A stretch of DNA of 64,000 nt. Origin: a bacterium (GTDB lineage Bacteria > Electryoneota > Electryoneia > Electryoneales > Electryoneaceae). Below are positions 8,001 to 17,389 of the stretch, in pieces. The translations under genes and the position numbers were made by a program. The stretch lies in contig CAXXKJ010000002.1 in the NCBI GenBank assembly GCA_963675295.2, positions 960,001 through 1,024,000 of the forward strand, read 5' to 3'. The notes under the pieces are model-generated. The model searched no databases. It saw only the letters and a program-made list of their open reading frames with translations, and had not been told where the DNA came from. Every line of letters begins with the position of its first letter. Within the stretch, counting starts at the first letter, position 1.

Positions 8001-10397
8001 ATGTTTCGCAACTACCTGACCATCGCGTGGCGCAATTTGATGCGTCAGAAGGGGTATTCGCTCCTCAACATTCTCGGGCTGGCGCTCGGGATGGCGGTGG
8101 CGTTGCTGATCTTCAGCTATGTCCGCGTCGATTTGCGCTGGGACCGCTGGCACGAGAACAGCGACCTGATCGTACGGCCGGTCGAACTGCAGGACTTCGG
8201 TGGGGATGAACGCACCGATGTCGCGGTGACCATGTCGCCGCTCGGGCCGATGCTGGTCGAGGAACTGCCGGAAGTCGAGACGATGACGCGTGTCATGCAC
8301 GGCTGGCGTCCGCCGGTGGTGATGCGTGGTGAGAAGCGGCTGTATGAAAGTTCGACGGCGTATGTCGACTCCACGTTTTTCCAGGTGTTCTCGTTCAAGC
8401 TGCTGCAAGGTGATCCGGAAACCGCTCTGACACGCCGGGACGCGGTGGTGCTGACCGAAACAGCACGTGACCGTTATTTCGAACCGGACGAGAATCCGAT
8501 CGGTCAGATTCTGCGGATCAACAGCCAGCGCGATGTGGTGGTCACCGCAATCTCAGAAGATCCACCCCCGGAAACACATTTACGCTACGCGATGCTGTTC
8601 CCGTTCGACGCTGGTCTCGATGACCAACGAGAGAATCTTGACGACTGGGGTTCGAACTTTCTCGCAACCTACCTGAAGCTTGTCGCTCCGGAGAATATGG
8701 ACACGTTGGCGTCCAAGGTGACGGAAGCATATCACCGCCATGGCGACTGGGCGGAGCTCGAATTCTGGGTGCAACCGTTAAATGACATGCACCTCAATTC
8801 GGAACACATCGAGATCGACATCAACCCGGGCAAAAGCAGCATGAACAACGTGTACGCCCTTGGCGCGGTTGGATTGTTCATCCTGCTGCTGGCGTGCATC
8901 AACTTCATGAACCTGTCCACTGCGCGGGCGATCACGCGTGCTCGCGAGGTCGGGTTGCGCAAGGTGTCCGGCGCACGAAAGCGTGAACTGATCTTCCAGT
9001 TCCTCGGTGAATCGCTGCTGGTGTCATTCTTCGCGATGCTGCTCGCGGCGCTGGTGGTCGAACTGGCAGGTCCGTGGTTCGCGGATGTGTCCGGCCGTGC
9101 GCTCGAGTTTGCCGTGTTCAGTGGCAGCTTCGCGACCTGGATGCTGCTCGGTCTTGGTGCGGCGGTGGGGATTCTGGCCGGTTTGTACCCGGCGTTCGTG
9201 CTGTCGTCTTTCCGCCCGGTGACGGTGTTGAAATCCGCGGACAGCCGTTCAACGATGGGCGGTGGACGACTGCGGCGGGTGCTGGTCGTGTTCCAGTTTG
9301 CCATTTCGATTGGGCTGATTATCGCGACCGGTGTGGTGTATGCCCAGTTGCAGTATGGTCTGACCAAACCGCTGGGCTTCGACAAGGAAAACGTGTTGGT
9401 GATCCCGATTCCTGACCAGGGATTCTGGGACAATTACGAGGATCACCTGAACTCGTTCAGCAAAGTGCCCGGAGTTGTCGATTACGCGTTGAGTTCACGT
9501 GTCCCCAGCCGTGGCGGATCTTCATCCGGCTTCATCCCGGAAGGTAGCGACCGTTCGCGGGTGATCAACTGGAACTCGGTCAGCGCGGGTGGTGACAAGG
9601 TGTTTGGATGGGACGTGCTGGATGGGCGTTTCTTTGATGAAGAGCTGACCACAGACCGTTGGCTGGACGGCGACACAACTGGCGTGATGCTGATGAATGA
9701 GGCCGCTGCCAAGCAGTTCGGTTGGGACGACCCGATCGGCAAGACGGTCAAGGGGTTTGGCAACGTCACGTTCAACGTGATCGGCTTGATCCGTGACTAT
9801 CACTTCTCTTCGTTGCACACACAGATCGAGCCGATGCTGCTGGTGAATCTCGGTCCCGCCTTCAGCCTTGTCAGCATTCGCTACAACCGGCCTGACGCGC
9901 ACGCCTTTGTACAGGACTTGGAAGCGGTCTGGGACGAACGATTCCCGGACCGTCCCTTCGACTACTTCTTTCTCGACGAGAATTTCGACAGCATGTTCCG
10001 CACCGAGGAGCGGCAGGCGCACCTGTTCCAGGCGTTCAGCATTGTTGCGGTGGTGATCGCGTGCCTCGGCATTCTGGGCTTGGCGGCGTTCTCGACCGGA
10101 CGGCGGACCCGTGAAATCGCGGTGCGCAAGGTGCTTGGTGCCAGCGAAGGCCGCATTTTCGGGTTGTTGACGCGTGAGTTTGCCATCCTGGTGCTGCTGG
10201 CGAACGTGATCGCCTGGCCGGTGACCTACTACCTGATGTCGAAGTGGTTTGAAACGTTTGCGTATCGAGCACCGTGGCCGTGGTGGGTGTTCCCGGCGGC
10301 TGCGGGGGGCACGTTGCTCCTGGCACTTTTGACCGTTGGCTTGCAGGCGATCAAGGCGGTGCGGTTGCGACCGGCGAGGGCGTTACGCTACGAATAA
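8001..10397 (+). CDS. ABC transporter permease, MacB/FtsX family
   Basis: MFRNYLTIAWRNL, ACINFMNLSTAR, REVGLRKVSGA, ends ALRYE. Confidence 0.94.
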   Translation: MFRNYLTIAWRNLMRQKGYSLLNILGLALGMAVALLIFSYVRVDLRWDRWHENSDLIVRPVELQDFGGDERTDVAVTMSPLGPMLVEELPEVETMTRVMHGWRPPVVMRGEKRLYESSTAYVDSTFFQVFSFKLLQGDPETALTRRDAVVLTETARDRYFEPDENPIGQILRINSQRDVVVTAISEDPPPETHLRYAMLFPFDAGLDDQRENLDDWGSNFLATYLKLVAPENMDTLASKVTEAYHRHGDWAELEFWVQPLNDMHLNSEHIEIDINPGKSSMNNVYALGAVGLFILLLACINFMNLSTARAITRAREVGLRKVSGARKRELIFQFLGESLLVSFFAMLLAALVVELAGPWFADVSGRALEFAVFSGSFATWMLLGLGAAVGILAGLYPAFVLSSFRPVTVLKSADSRSTMGGGRLRRVLVVFQFAISIGLIIATGVVYAQLQYGLTKPLGFDKENVLVIPIPDQGFWDNYEDHLNSFSKVPGVVDYALSSRVPSRGGSSSGFIPEGSDRSRVINWNSVSAGGDKVFGWDVLDGRFFDEELTTDRWLDGDTTGVMLMNEAAAKQFGWDDPIGKTVKGFGNVTFNVIGLIRDYHFSSLHTQIEPMLLVNLGPAFSLVSIRYNRPDAHAFVQDLEAVWDERFPDRPFDYFFLDENFDSMFRTEERQAHLFQAFSIVAVVIACLGILGLAAFSTGRRTREIAVRKVLGASEGRIFGLLTREFAILVLLANVIAWPVTYYLMSKWFETFAYRAPWPWWVFPAAAGGTLLLALLTVGLQAIKAVRLRPARALRYE

Positions 10398-10401
10398 AAA
10401 C

Positions 10402-10576
10402 AGTGATGAGTGATGAGTGGTGAGTGATGAGGTAAACCTGGGCTGCGGGCTGTTGGCGGACTGCGGTCTGCGGACTACGGTCAGCGGACTGTAGACGACA
10501 AGCACCAGACTGGGACCGGCAGGTTGAGGTCTGTGCGAGGTCAGTGCGCCTTACCACGGACTTAAGTCCGTGGTAA
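10402..10576. repeat. Composite intergenic repeat (TGAG heptads + GGACT(G/A)C heptads + 26-bp palindrome), copy 1
   Basis: Same module order as 13021-13338; palindrome TTACCACGGACTTAAGTCCGTGGTAA at 10551-10576. Confidence 0.8.
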
Positions 10577-10649
10577 TCAAAAAATGACCGTGCGATAAGG
10601 AAATCGGACGCGCATCCGCGTCAGACGATATCGATTGGGGGACGGATCA

Positions 10650-13016
10650 ATGTGGATCAACTATCTCAAGCTGGCCATCCGTAGTCTGTTGCGTGGACGG
10701 CTGTACAGTGTGATCAACGTGACCGGTTTCGCGGTCGGCATCGCGGCGGCGTTGGCGTTGTTCCTGTACGTGCGTTACGAACTGACATACGACCACATGC
10801 ACCCACAGCTTGACCGTCTCTACCAGGTGCAGGAGTACACGAACTGGTTGGGCGACGAGACGGACATGCAATGGACACCCGCCGCGATGGGTCCGGCGTT
10901 GGCGGAGGGTTTGCCCGACGTGGAAACTGTCGCGCGCTACCGCGGCTTCGGCACCGCACCCACCGAAGCGGGCGAGAAGAAGCTGCTGCAGACGTATTGT
11001 TTCGCCGATCCATCCTTTTTTGATCTGTTCGCGCTCCCGATACTGCACCGCAGCGGCCCTGAGATTCTGACCGAACCGAACACCGTCGCCATCACCGAAT
11101 CGGTCGCCGCACGCTTTTTCCCGGACACCAATCCCATCGGCCAGACGATGGTCTTCGAGGATCACATCCTGCTGACCGTCGAGGCCGTGATCGCCGATCC
11201 GCCGAAGAATACCCGGTTTAACAATCTCGAATGTGTGCTCAGCATGGAAACCTGTTTCACCGACGATTACGAAGGTGCAGATGAGCGCACAAACTGGTAT
11301 TCGCACAACTACTACACGTACGTACGGCTGCGGGATGGTGTCGATCAGGCGGTGTTCGAGAACCAACTCGAACCGTACCTGACGAAAACGGCTGGCGAAG
11401 ACCTCCGCGAATCATTCGACGCCCACCTTGTTCCCTTCACCCAGCTTCATCTCGGCGGCGACTACCGGAACGTGGCGATGATCGGCATGATCGGGGCGTT
11501 CATCCTGCTGATCGCGTGCATCAACTACATGAACCTGGCGACCGCTCGCAGCCTGAAACGAGCGCGAGAAATCGGGGTACGCAAGGTGCTGGGTGGGACA
11601 CGGTATGAGCTGATGCGGCAGTTCCTCTCGGAAGCGTTGCTGGTGACAGGGATATCGGTGTTGTTGGCGTTGTTGTTGCTCGAGTTGGCATTCCCGTGGT
11701 TTGAGGGCATGATTTCGATCCCACTCCGGGTTGCATTGAACCTCAACCTCAGCCAGGTGGTACTGGCGCTGGTGGGATTGGCGGCGATCTGCGGATTGCT
11801 GGCGGGATCGTACCCGGCGCTGGTGTTGAGCGGGTTCCGTCCGGTTAAGGTGTTGAAATCCGGCGCGGCGGTGCGCGGTAGCGGCGCACGGATGCGCAAA
11901 TTCCTTGTCGTCTTCCAGTTCGCAATTTCGCTGGCGTTGATTTTCGGCACCATCACCATCCTCTCGCAGCATCGCTACCTGCTGCAACGCGACCTCGGCT
12001 TCGACGAAGATGGGCTGATTTTCGTCACCCTGCGCGGTGAGCAAGCGCGGTTGTCGGCGTACGAGTTGAAGCAGGAATTGCTGAAATCATCGCGAATTGA
12101 GAACGTTTCCATTCAATCGCAGGTCATCGGCCGGACCCGGGGCGGGATGTGGACGATCAGCACGCCTGCGATGGCCGATGAAGAGGAGGCGGTGTTCGCC
12201 GTCTTCAGCGATCCGGATTATATCCGGACGTTAGGCCTGAACCTTGTCTGGGGACGGGATTTCGACCCAGATCGTCCCGGTGAGAAGGACGAAGCGTTCC
12301 TCGTCAACGAGGAATTTGTCCGTCACTTCGGCATCGATGCGAATGACGATCCCCGTGTCACGTTGAACGGGACTGGACGGCACGGGCAGATCATCGGTGT
12401 GCTCGAAGACTACAACTTCCAGCCGTTGCAGAATACCAACGCGCCAGCGATCATCGCCTATCCGCGTAACCTCTGGGATAACCGTGTCATCGCCGTCCGT
12501 GTCAACCCGGGATCCGTCGAAGAGGCCCTGGCGGCGATCGAGGCTGCCTGGGTCAAGTATGAACCCCAGTTGCCGCTGGTCTACCACTTCCTTGACGAAT
12601 GGCTGCAGGAAAATTACACCTCGGAACAGGAACTGGCGAACCTGCTCAGCCTGTTCGCGGGACTGGCGATTGTGGTCGCGTCACTTGGCTTGCTGGGGCT
12701 GGCGGCGTATGCGACGGAAACCCGCACCAAGGAAATCGGCATTCGCAAGGTGCTGGGTGCGGATTCGGGGCGGATCATCCTGTTGTTGACCGGCGATTTT
12801 CTCCGTCCGGTGTTGCTCGCAAACCTGATTGCGTGGCCGGCGGCGTGGCTGTTCATGCGCAACTGGCTGCAGGATTTCCCGTATCGGATTGAACAGCCAT
12901 GGCTGGCGTACCTGGCCGCGGCAGGGACGGTGCTGCTGGTCGCGTGGGCGGTGATGGCCTCGACGACGCTCCGTGCGGCGCTGAACAAACCGGCGAAGGC
13001 GTTGCGGTATGAGTGA
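10650..13016 (+). CDS. ABC transporter permease, MacB/FtsX family
   Basis: MWINYLKLAIRSL (ATG 10650), ACINYMNLATARS, REIGVRKVLGG, ends ALRYE. Confidence 0.94.
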   Translation: MWINYLKLAIRSLLRGRLYSVINVTGFAVGIAAALALFLYVRYELTYDHMHPQLDRLYQVQEYTNWLGDETDMQWTPAAMGPALAEGLPDVETVARYRGFGTAPTEAGEKKLLQTYCFADPSFFDLFALPILHRSGPEILTEPNTVAITESVAARFFPDTNPIGQTMVFEDHILLTVEAVIADPPKNTRFNNLECVLSMETCFTDDYEGADERTNWYSHNYYTYVRLRDGVDQAVFENQLEPYLTKTAGEDLRESFDAHLVPFTQLHLGGDYRNVAMIGMIGAFILLIACINYMNLATARSLKRAREIGVRKVLGGTRYELMRQFLSEALLVTGISVLLALLLLELAFPWFEGMISIPLRVALNLNLSQVVLALVGLAAICGLLAGSYPALVLSGFRPVKVLKSGAAVRGSGARMRKFLVVFQFAISLALIFGTITILSQHRYLLQRDLGFDEDGLIFVTLRGEQARLSAYELKQELLKSSRIENVSIQSQVIGRTRGGMWTISTPAMADEEEAVFAVFSDPDYIRTLGLNLVWGRDFDPDRPGEKDEAFLVNEEFVRHFGIDANDDPRVTLNGTGRHGQIIGVLEDYNFQPLQNTNAPAIIAYPRNLWDNRVIAVRVNPGSVEEALAAIEAAWVKYEPQLPLVYHFLDEWLQENYTSEQELANLLSLFAGLAIVVASLGLLGLAAYATETRTKEIGIRKVLGADSGRIILLLTGDFLRPVLLANLIAWPAAWLFMRNWLQDFPYRIEQPWLAYLAAAGTVLLVAWAVMASTTLRAALNKPAKALRYE

Positions 13017-13020
13017 GGAC

Positions 13021-13338
13021 AGTGGCGAGTTGTGAGTGATGAGTTGTGAGTGATGAGTAAATCATGGGTTACGGGCTACGGACTGCGGGCGGCGGACTGC
13101 GGACTCAGATTGGCAGGCTGCGGACTACGGACTGGGACCATCGGGTTGTGTGAGATATTGACCGGTGAGATGCTGAAGTGATGTGCCCCTGATGGCTTCG
13201 CCAGCAGGGATTATCGGGCGATACAGGCTCGTGATCATCGTTTGGTTCGTTTACCACGGACTTAAGTCCGTGGTAAAAAGGTGTTGCCGTCCACAGTTGT
13301 CAGTAGCTCACGACTCACAACTCATCACTCACAACTGG
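13021..13338. repeat. Composite intergenic repeat, copy 2, bounded by inverted heptad arrays
   Basis: gagttgtgagtgatgagttgtgag near 13027 and its inverse ctcacaactcatcactcacaact near 13314; palindrome at 13251-13276. Confidence 0.8.
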
Positions 13339-13347
13339 TTTTCCCGC

Positions 13348-13363
13348 TGTCCGATTCCGTACA
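13348..13363. promoter_or_regulatory. Putative operator of the NtrC-family regulator (autoregulatory position)
   Basis: TGTCCG-ATTC-CGTACA, 28 bp upstream of the regulator start. Confidence 0.65.
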
Positions 13364-13391
13364 CTTACAAATTGACTGATCTGACGGGAGT

Positions 13392-14777
13392 TTGACCGTG
13401 CTCCGTGAAAAGAACGGCCGTGTGCTGATCGTCGACGATGACGCCGACATCCTCACCGCCATGCGCCTGCTGCTGAAGCCGCATGTCGAATTGGTCCATA
13501 CCGAACCGAATCCCGAGAACCTGCCCGCTCGTCTCCGTGATCTCAGCTACGACGCGATCCTGCTCGACATGAATTTCAGCAAGGACGCCACCTCCGGTGA
13601 GGAAGGCTTCCATTGGCTGGAGCGGATTCTGGAACTTGATCCCGCCGCGGTGGTCATCATGATCACGGCGTACGGCGACGTCGAGACGGCTGTCCGTGCG
13701 GTGAAGCAGGGGGCGGTGGATTTTGTGCTCAAGCCATGGCAGAACGAGAAGATCCTCGCGACGATCAACGCGGCGATGAAGTTGAGCGCGACCCGTGGCC
13801 AGGTGCGCACGCTGCAGGACCGGCAACGCGCGTTATCGGCGGAACTGGAGCAGTCATTTCAGGATATCGTCGGCCGTTCGCCCGGGATGATGCGTGTCTT
13901 CGAGACGATTGAGAAGGTCGCCGGGACCGAGGCCAATGTGCTCATCCTCGGCGAAAACGGCACCGGCAAGGAGTTGATCGCCCGCGCGATTCATCGTCAG
14001 AGCAAACGGTCGGACGAGATTTTCGTCACTGTCGATATGGGTGCGATCAGCGAGAATCTGTTCGAGTCGGAGATGTTCGGCCATAAGCGGGGAGCGTTCA
14101 CCGACGCCAAGGCGGATCGTGCCGGACGGTTCGAAGTTGCGACCGGGGGTACGTTATTCCTCGACGAAATCGGCAACCTCTCGCCCGCGATGCAGGCGAA
14201 GCTGTTGCGCGCGTTGGAATCAAGAACCATCACCCGGGTTGGCGATCACAAGGTGCAGAAGGTGGACATCCGGTTGATTTGCGCGACGAACCACGATGTC
14301 AGCGAGATGGTTGCGTCGCGTCAGTTCCGGCAGGACCTGCTGTACCGGATCAACACCGTCGAGATTCATCTGCCGCCGTTACGGGATCGCCGTGAAGACA
14401 TACCGCCGTTGATCGACCACTACCTCGACCATTTTTCGCAGAAATACAACCGTGGCTCGCTGACCGTGAACCAGGCCGCGCAGCGCAAGCTGGAACGCTA
14501 CGATTGGCCGGGGAATGTGCGCGAACTGAAACATGCCATTGAGCGCGCGGTGATCATGGCCGAGGACAAGGTGCTGCAGCCGGCGGACTTCTTTATCTCG
14601 GGCGGAGATGATCGTGGCGGCGAGGTCGAGCTGGACTCATTCAACCTCGAGGATGTCGAACGGACGGTGGTGCTCAAGGCGATCCGCAAGCACGACGGGA
14701 ATATTTCACACGCCGCGAAAGAGCTGGGCCTGACACGGACGAGCCTCTACCGCCGGATCGAGAAATATGGGTTGTAG
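13392..14777 (+). CDS. sigma54-dependent response regulator (NtrC/AtoC family; REC-AAA+-Fis HTH)
   Basis: VLIVDDD, phosphoacceptor LLDMNF, GENGTGKE, GAFTDA, WPGNVREL, HTH GNISHAAKELGLTRTSLYRR; TTG start. Confidence 0.95.
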   Translation: MTVLREKNGRVLIVDDDADILTAMRLLLKPHVELVHTEPNPENLPARLRDLSYDAILLDMNFSKDATSGEEGFHWLERILELDPAAVVIMITAYGDVETAVRAVKQGAVDFVLKPWQNEKILATINAAMKLSATRGQVRTLQDRQRALSAELEQSFQDIVGRSPGMMRVFETIEKVAGTEANVLILGENGTGKELIARAIHRQSKRSDEIFVTVDMGAISENLFESEMFGHKRGAFTDAKADRAGRFEVATGGTLFLDEIGNLSPAMQAKLLRALESRTITRVGDHKVQKVDIRLICATNHDVSEMVASRQFRQDLLYRINTVEIHLPPLRDRREDIPPLIDHYLDHFSQKYNRGSLTVNQAAQRKLERYDWPGNVRELKHAIERAVIMAEDKVLQPADFFISGGDDRGGEVELDSFNLEDVERTVVLKAIRKHDGNISHAAKELGLTRTSLYRRIEKYGL

Positions 14778-14809
14778 TGGTGACGGATCTGGAATCGGAT
14801 CGGACGCTC

Positions 14810-15211
14810 TCAATACGGAGAAAATTCCTCTTCCTTTTTTTTATCAATCTTGGCAGTCGTTTTCTGCCCAATTGCGTTGAGTAACGGATCGTCAGAGCGA
14901 GCGAACTCATGTGGATAGCCCCAGTAGTCTAGTTTGTCGTTTATGAAATACAGATAATAATTGTTGATATTTGAAGATCCGGCACTAATTGCATAAACAT
15001 AAACGAGTTCATTAATACCTGGGGTATCTTTCCACAAAAAAGCGTATTTCGGCTTTTTGTCTAGAGCAGAAACGACATATTCTGGACTCACATCTTTCTC
15101 GAGGTACCCCATTTGTGTGATTGTTGGCGTACAGGAGGTTAAGCAGAGGATGATAGCCAGAATCACAAGGATAACCTGCGGTCGCATGAGTTGTCGTTTG
15201 CTAATCATCAT
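14810..15211 (-). CDS. Small lipoprotein, unknown function (AT-rich insert)
   Basis: Hydrophobic signal with lipobox LTSC; shares YYxxFxxDxLxYWGxxxEFxRxxDP with the neighbouring ORF. Confidence 0.8.
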   Translation of the reverse strand: MMISKRQLMRPQVILVILAIILCLTSCTPTITQMGYLEKDVSPEYVVSALDKKPKYAFLWKDTPGINELVYVYAISAGSSNINNYYLYFINDKLDYWGYPHEFARSDDPLLNAIGQKTTAKIDKKKEEEFSPY

Positions 15212-15635
15212 GATTCATCTTCTCCGGTTCGGTATAGGCAAAAATTTGGCGGCCCAGATTAGCAATAGCGGGATCAGATTCTCTTGAAAACTCTGGAATG
15301 AATCCCCAATAGCATAAACAGTCGTGGTAGAAAGCAAAGTAGTAGCATTCTTCATAAGGAGAGTCAATACCAACGATAATAAAACCAGTGCCAGCGGGTA
15401 CTGTGCTGTATTGCTTTTCCGTGCCAGTACGAAGCATGTATTGAAGAATCGAATACTCAAGTGTATCAACGGCTACAGTGAATTGTTGCTTGGGTTTACG
15501 TTGAACATCCGCAATCAGGTCTTCCTGGCTCATTCCCTTGCGCAGGTGGCTGATGTCATCCATCACAAGGGCGGGCGCACAGCCGGTCAAGACGAGGAGT
15601 AACAGCGATAGAGAAACGTGGTAAGCACGGTGCAT
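15201..15635 (-). CDS. Small lipoprotein, paralog of 14810-15211
   Basis: ATG 15635 after GGGAGG; lipobox LTGC; LRKGMSQEDL is reminiscent of SmpA/BamE-like folds. Confidence 0.8.
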   Translation of the reverse strand: MHRAYHVSLSLLLLVLTGCAPALVMDDISHLRKGMSQEDLIADVQRKPKQQFTVAVDTLEYSILQYMLRTGTEKQYSTVPAGTGFIIVGIDSPYEECYYFAFYHDCLCYWGFIPEFSRESDPAIANLGRQIFAYTEPEKMNHDD

Positions 15636-15877
15636 GACAGCCTCCCATGCGGCATTCGAATTTTTGCTAATCACTACAAGAATTAGTAATTCAGGCTATT
15701 AGACAAAGAAAGGTACACAACGCCTGGTTTGTTGTCAAATAGAAATTCGTGAAACTTGTGAAATAGTAACGGATTTGGTTTTCACAAGCAGATCGCTGTT
15801 TCTTTGAATGTTGTGCAGGGTAACCAACGAATCGACGGGTTCTCGGAGAGCAGACCTCCGAATTCAGGACGAAACAG

Positions 15878-17218
15878 ATGTCACTAAACCGCTTTCACGC
15901 CGGAGTGTTGATCCGGGTCGGCGCGCTGACGTTGACGCTGATTCTGATCGCGTGGCTGGTGGTTGTCACGGACTACGTGATGACCATCGCGCTGCTCGGT
16001 GTGTTTGCGATCATTCAGGTGATCACGCTGGTACGGTATGTCGAGAAAGTGCAGCGTGACCTGACCCGTTTCCTCATCGCGGTCAAGTATGAGGATTTTT
16101 TCGAGACCTTCCAGAGTCCGACCACCGACACCGCCAGCCGCCTCAACGACGAATTTACCCGCATCATGACCGAATTCCGGCGGGTGCGTGCGGAGCGTGA
16201 GGAACAGGTGCAGTACCTGCAGACGGTCTTGCAGCACATTGCATCCGCCGTGATCAGCTACGATTCATCCGGCGAGGTGGAGCTGGCGAACACGGCCGCG
16301 CGGAAGCTGTTCAAGTTGAATCGCTGCGAACACATCGACCGGATGAACAAGGTGAGCCCGGAGTTGGTCGAGATGTTGAAGACGATCCGTGCCGGCGAAC
16401 AGCGGGTGATTAAGGTGGTGGACGAGGGCGATGTGCTGCAGCTGCTTGTCCGGGCGACGGAATTTGTCCGTGGCGGACGGCGGCTGACGCTGGTCGCGAT
16501 CCAGAACATTCGCTCCGAGTTGGAAGAGCAGGAACTGGAAGCGTGGCAGAACCTGATCCGTGTGCTGACGCACGAGATCCGTAACTCAATCACGCCGATT
16601 GCGTCCCTGGCGACGACCACGAACTCCCTTCTCGCCGAGATCCCGGTGCCGGAGGGGGAGGAAGGCGAGACGGTTGAGGACGCGCAGCTCGCGGTGCGCA
16701 CGATTCAAAAACGCAGCGAGGGGCTGCTCAAGTTTGTTGAAGCGTTCCGCAGCCTGTACAAGGTGCCGGAACCAGACCTGGAGCGGGTGGAAGTACGCGG
16801 CCTGCTGGACCATCTCGCGAAGTTCTTCGAGCCGAAGTTTAGCGAGTCCGGTATCACGGCCAGCTTTGACTGTTCGCCCGGCAACCTGAGGGTGCTCGCC
16901 GACCGGGACCTGATCGAACAGGTGTTGATCAACCTGATCACGAACGCGTTGCAGGCGGTGCCGGGTGTCGCCGAGCCACGAATCGAGGTGACCGCTTCGA
17001 TCGACGCACAGGGCCGTGGACGGATCCGTGTGCTGGACAACGGCAGTGGCATTGAGCCGGACCTGCTTGAACGTGTGTTTATCCCCTTCTTTACGACCAA
17101 GCCGGACGGCACCGGCGTCGGTCTCTCCCTCTCCCGCCAGATCATGCGCATGCATCGCGGTACCATCACCGCCCAGTCGAAACCCGGTGAAGAAACGGTG
17201 TTTACACTCGTTTTCTGA
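15878..17218 (+). CDS. Sensor histidine kinase (NtrY-like, PAS + HisKA + HATPase)
   Basis: Two TM helices, H-box LTHEIRNSITPI, N-box QVLINLITNA, G-boxes DNGSGI, FFTTK, GTGVGL. Confidence 0.94.
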   Translation: MSLNRFHAGVLIRVGALTLTLILIAWLVVVTDYVMTIALLGVFAIIQVITLVRYVEKVQRDLTRFLIAVKYEDFFETFQSPTTDTASRLNDEFTRIMTEFRRVRAEREEQVQYLQTVLQHIASAVISYDSSGEVELANTAARKLFKLNRCEHIDRMNKVSPELVEMLKTIRAGEQRVIKVVDEGDVLQLLVRATEFVRGGRRLTLVAIQNIRSELEEQELEAWQNLIRVLTHEIRNSITPIASLATTTNSLLAEIPVPEGEEGETVEDAQLAVRTIQKRSEGLLKFVEAFRSLYKVPEPDLERVEVRGLLDHLAKFFEPKFSESGITASFDCSPGNLRVLADRDLIEQVLINLITNALQAVPGVAEPRIEVTASIDAQGRGRIRVLDNGSGIEPDLLERVFIPFFTTKPDGTGVGLSLSRQIMRMHRGTITAQSKPGEETVFTLVF

Positions 17219-17389
17219 TCGAGCTGGAAGCGTTGATTGCATGATTTAGCAAACCTCGCATTCATTACTGAAATAAAGCTGCTCTTCGTCAATTCATTAT
17301 TGTGGAGCCCGTATGAATACTGTAAGTTCCTAGCTTCACATGCCGTGCAGGCTGCAAGGTTGAAATCTCAATCCAACAGGGGGGGGGAG

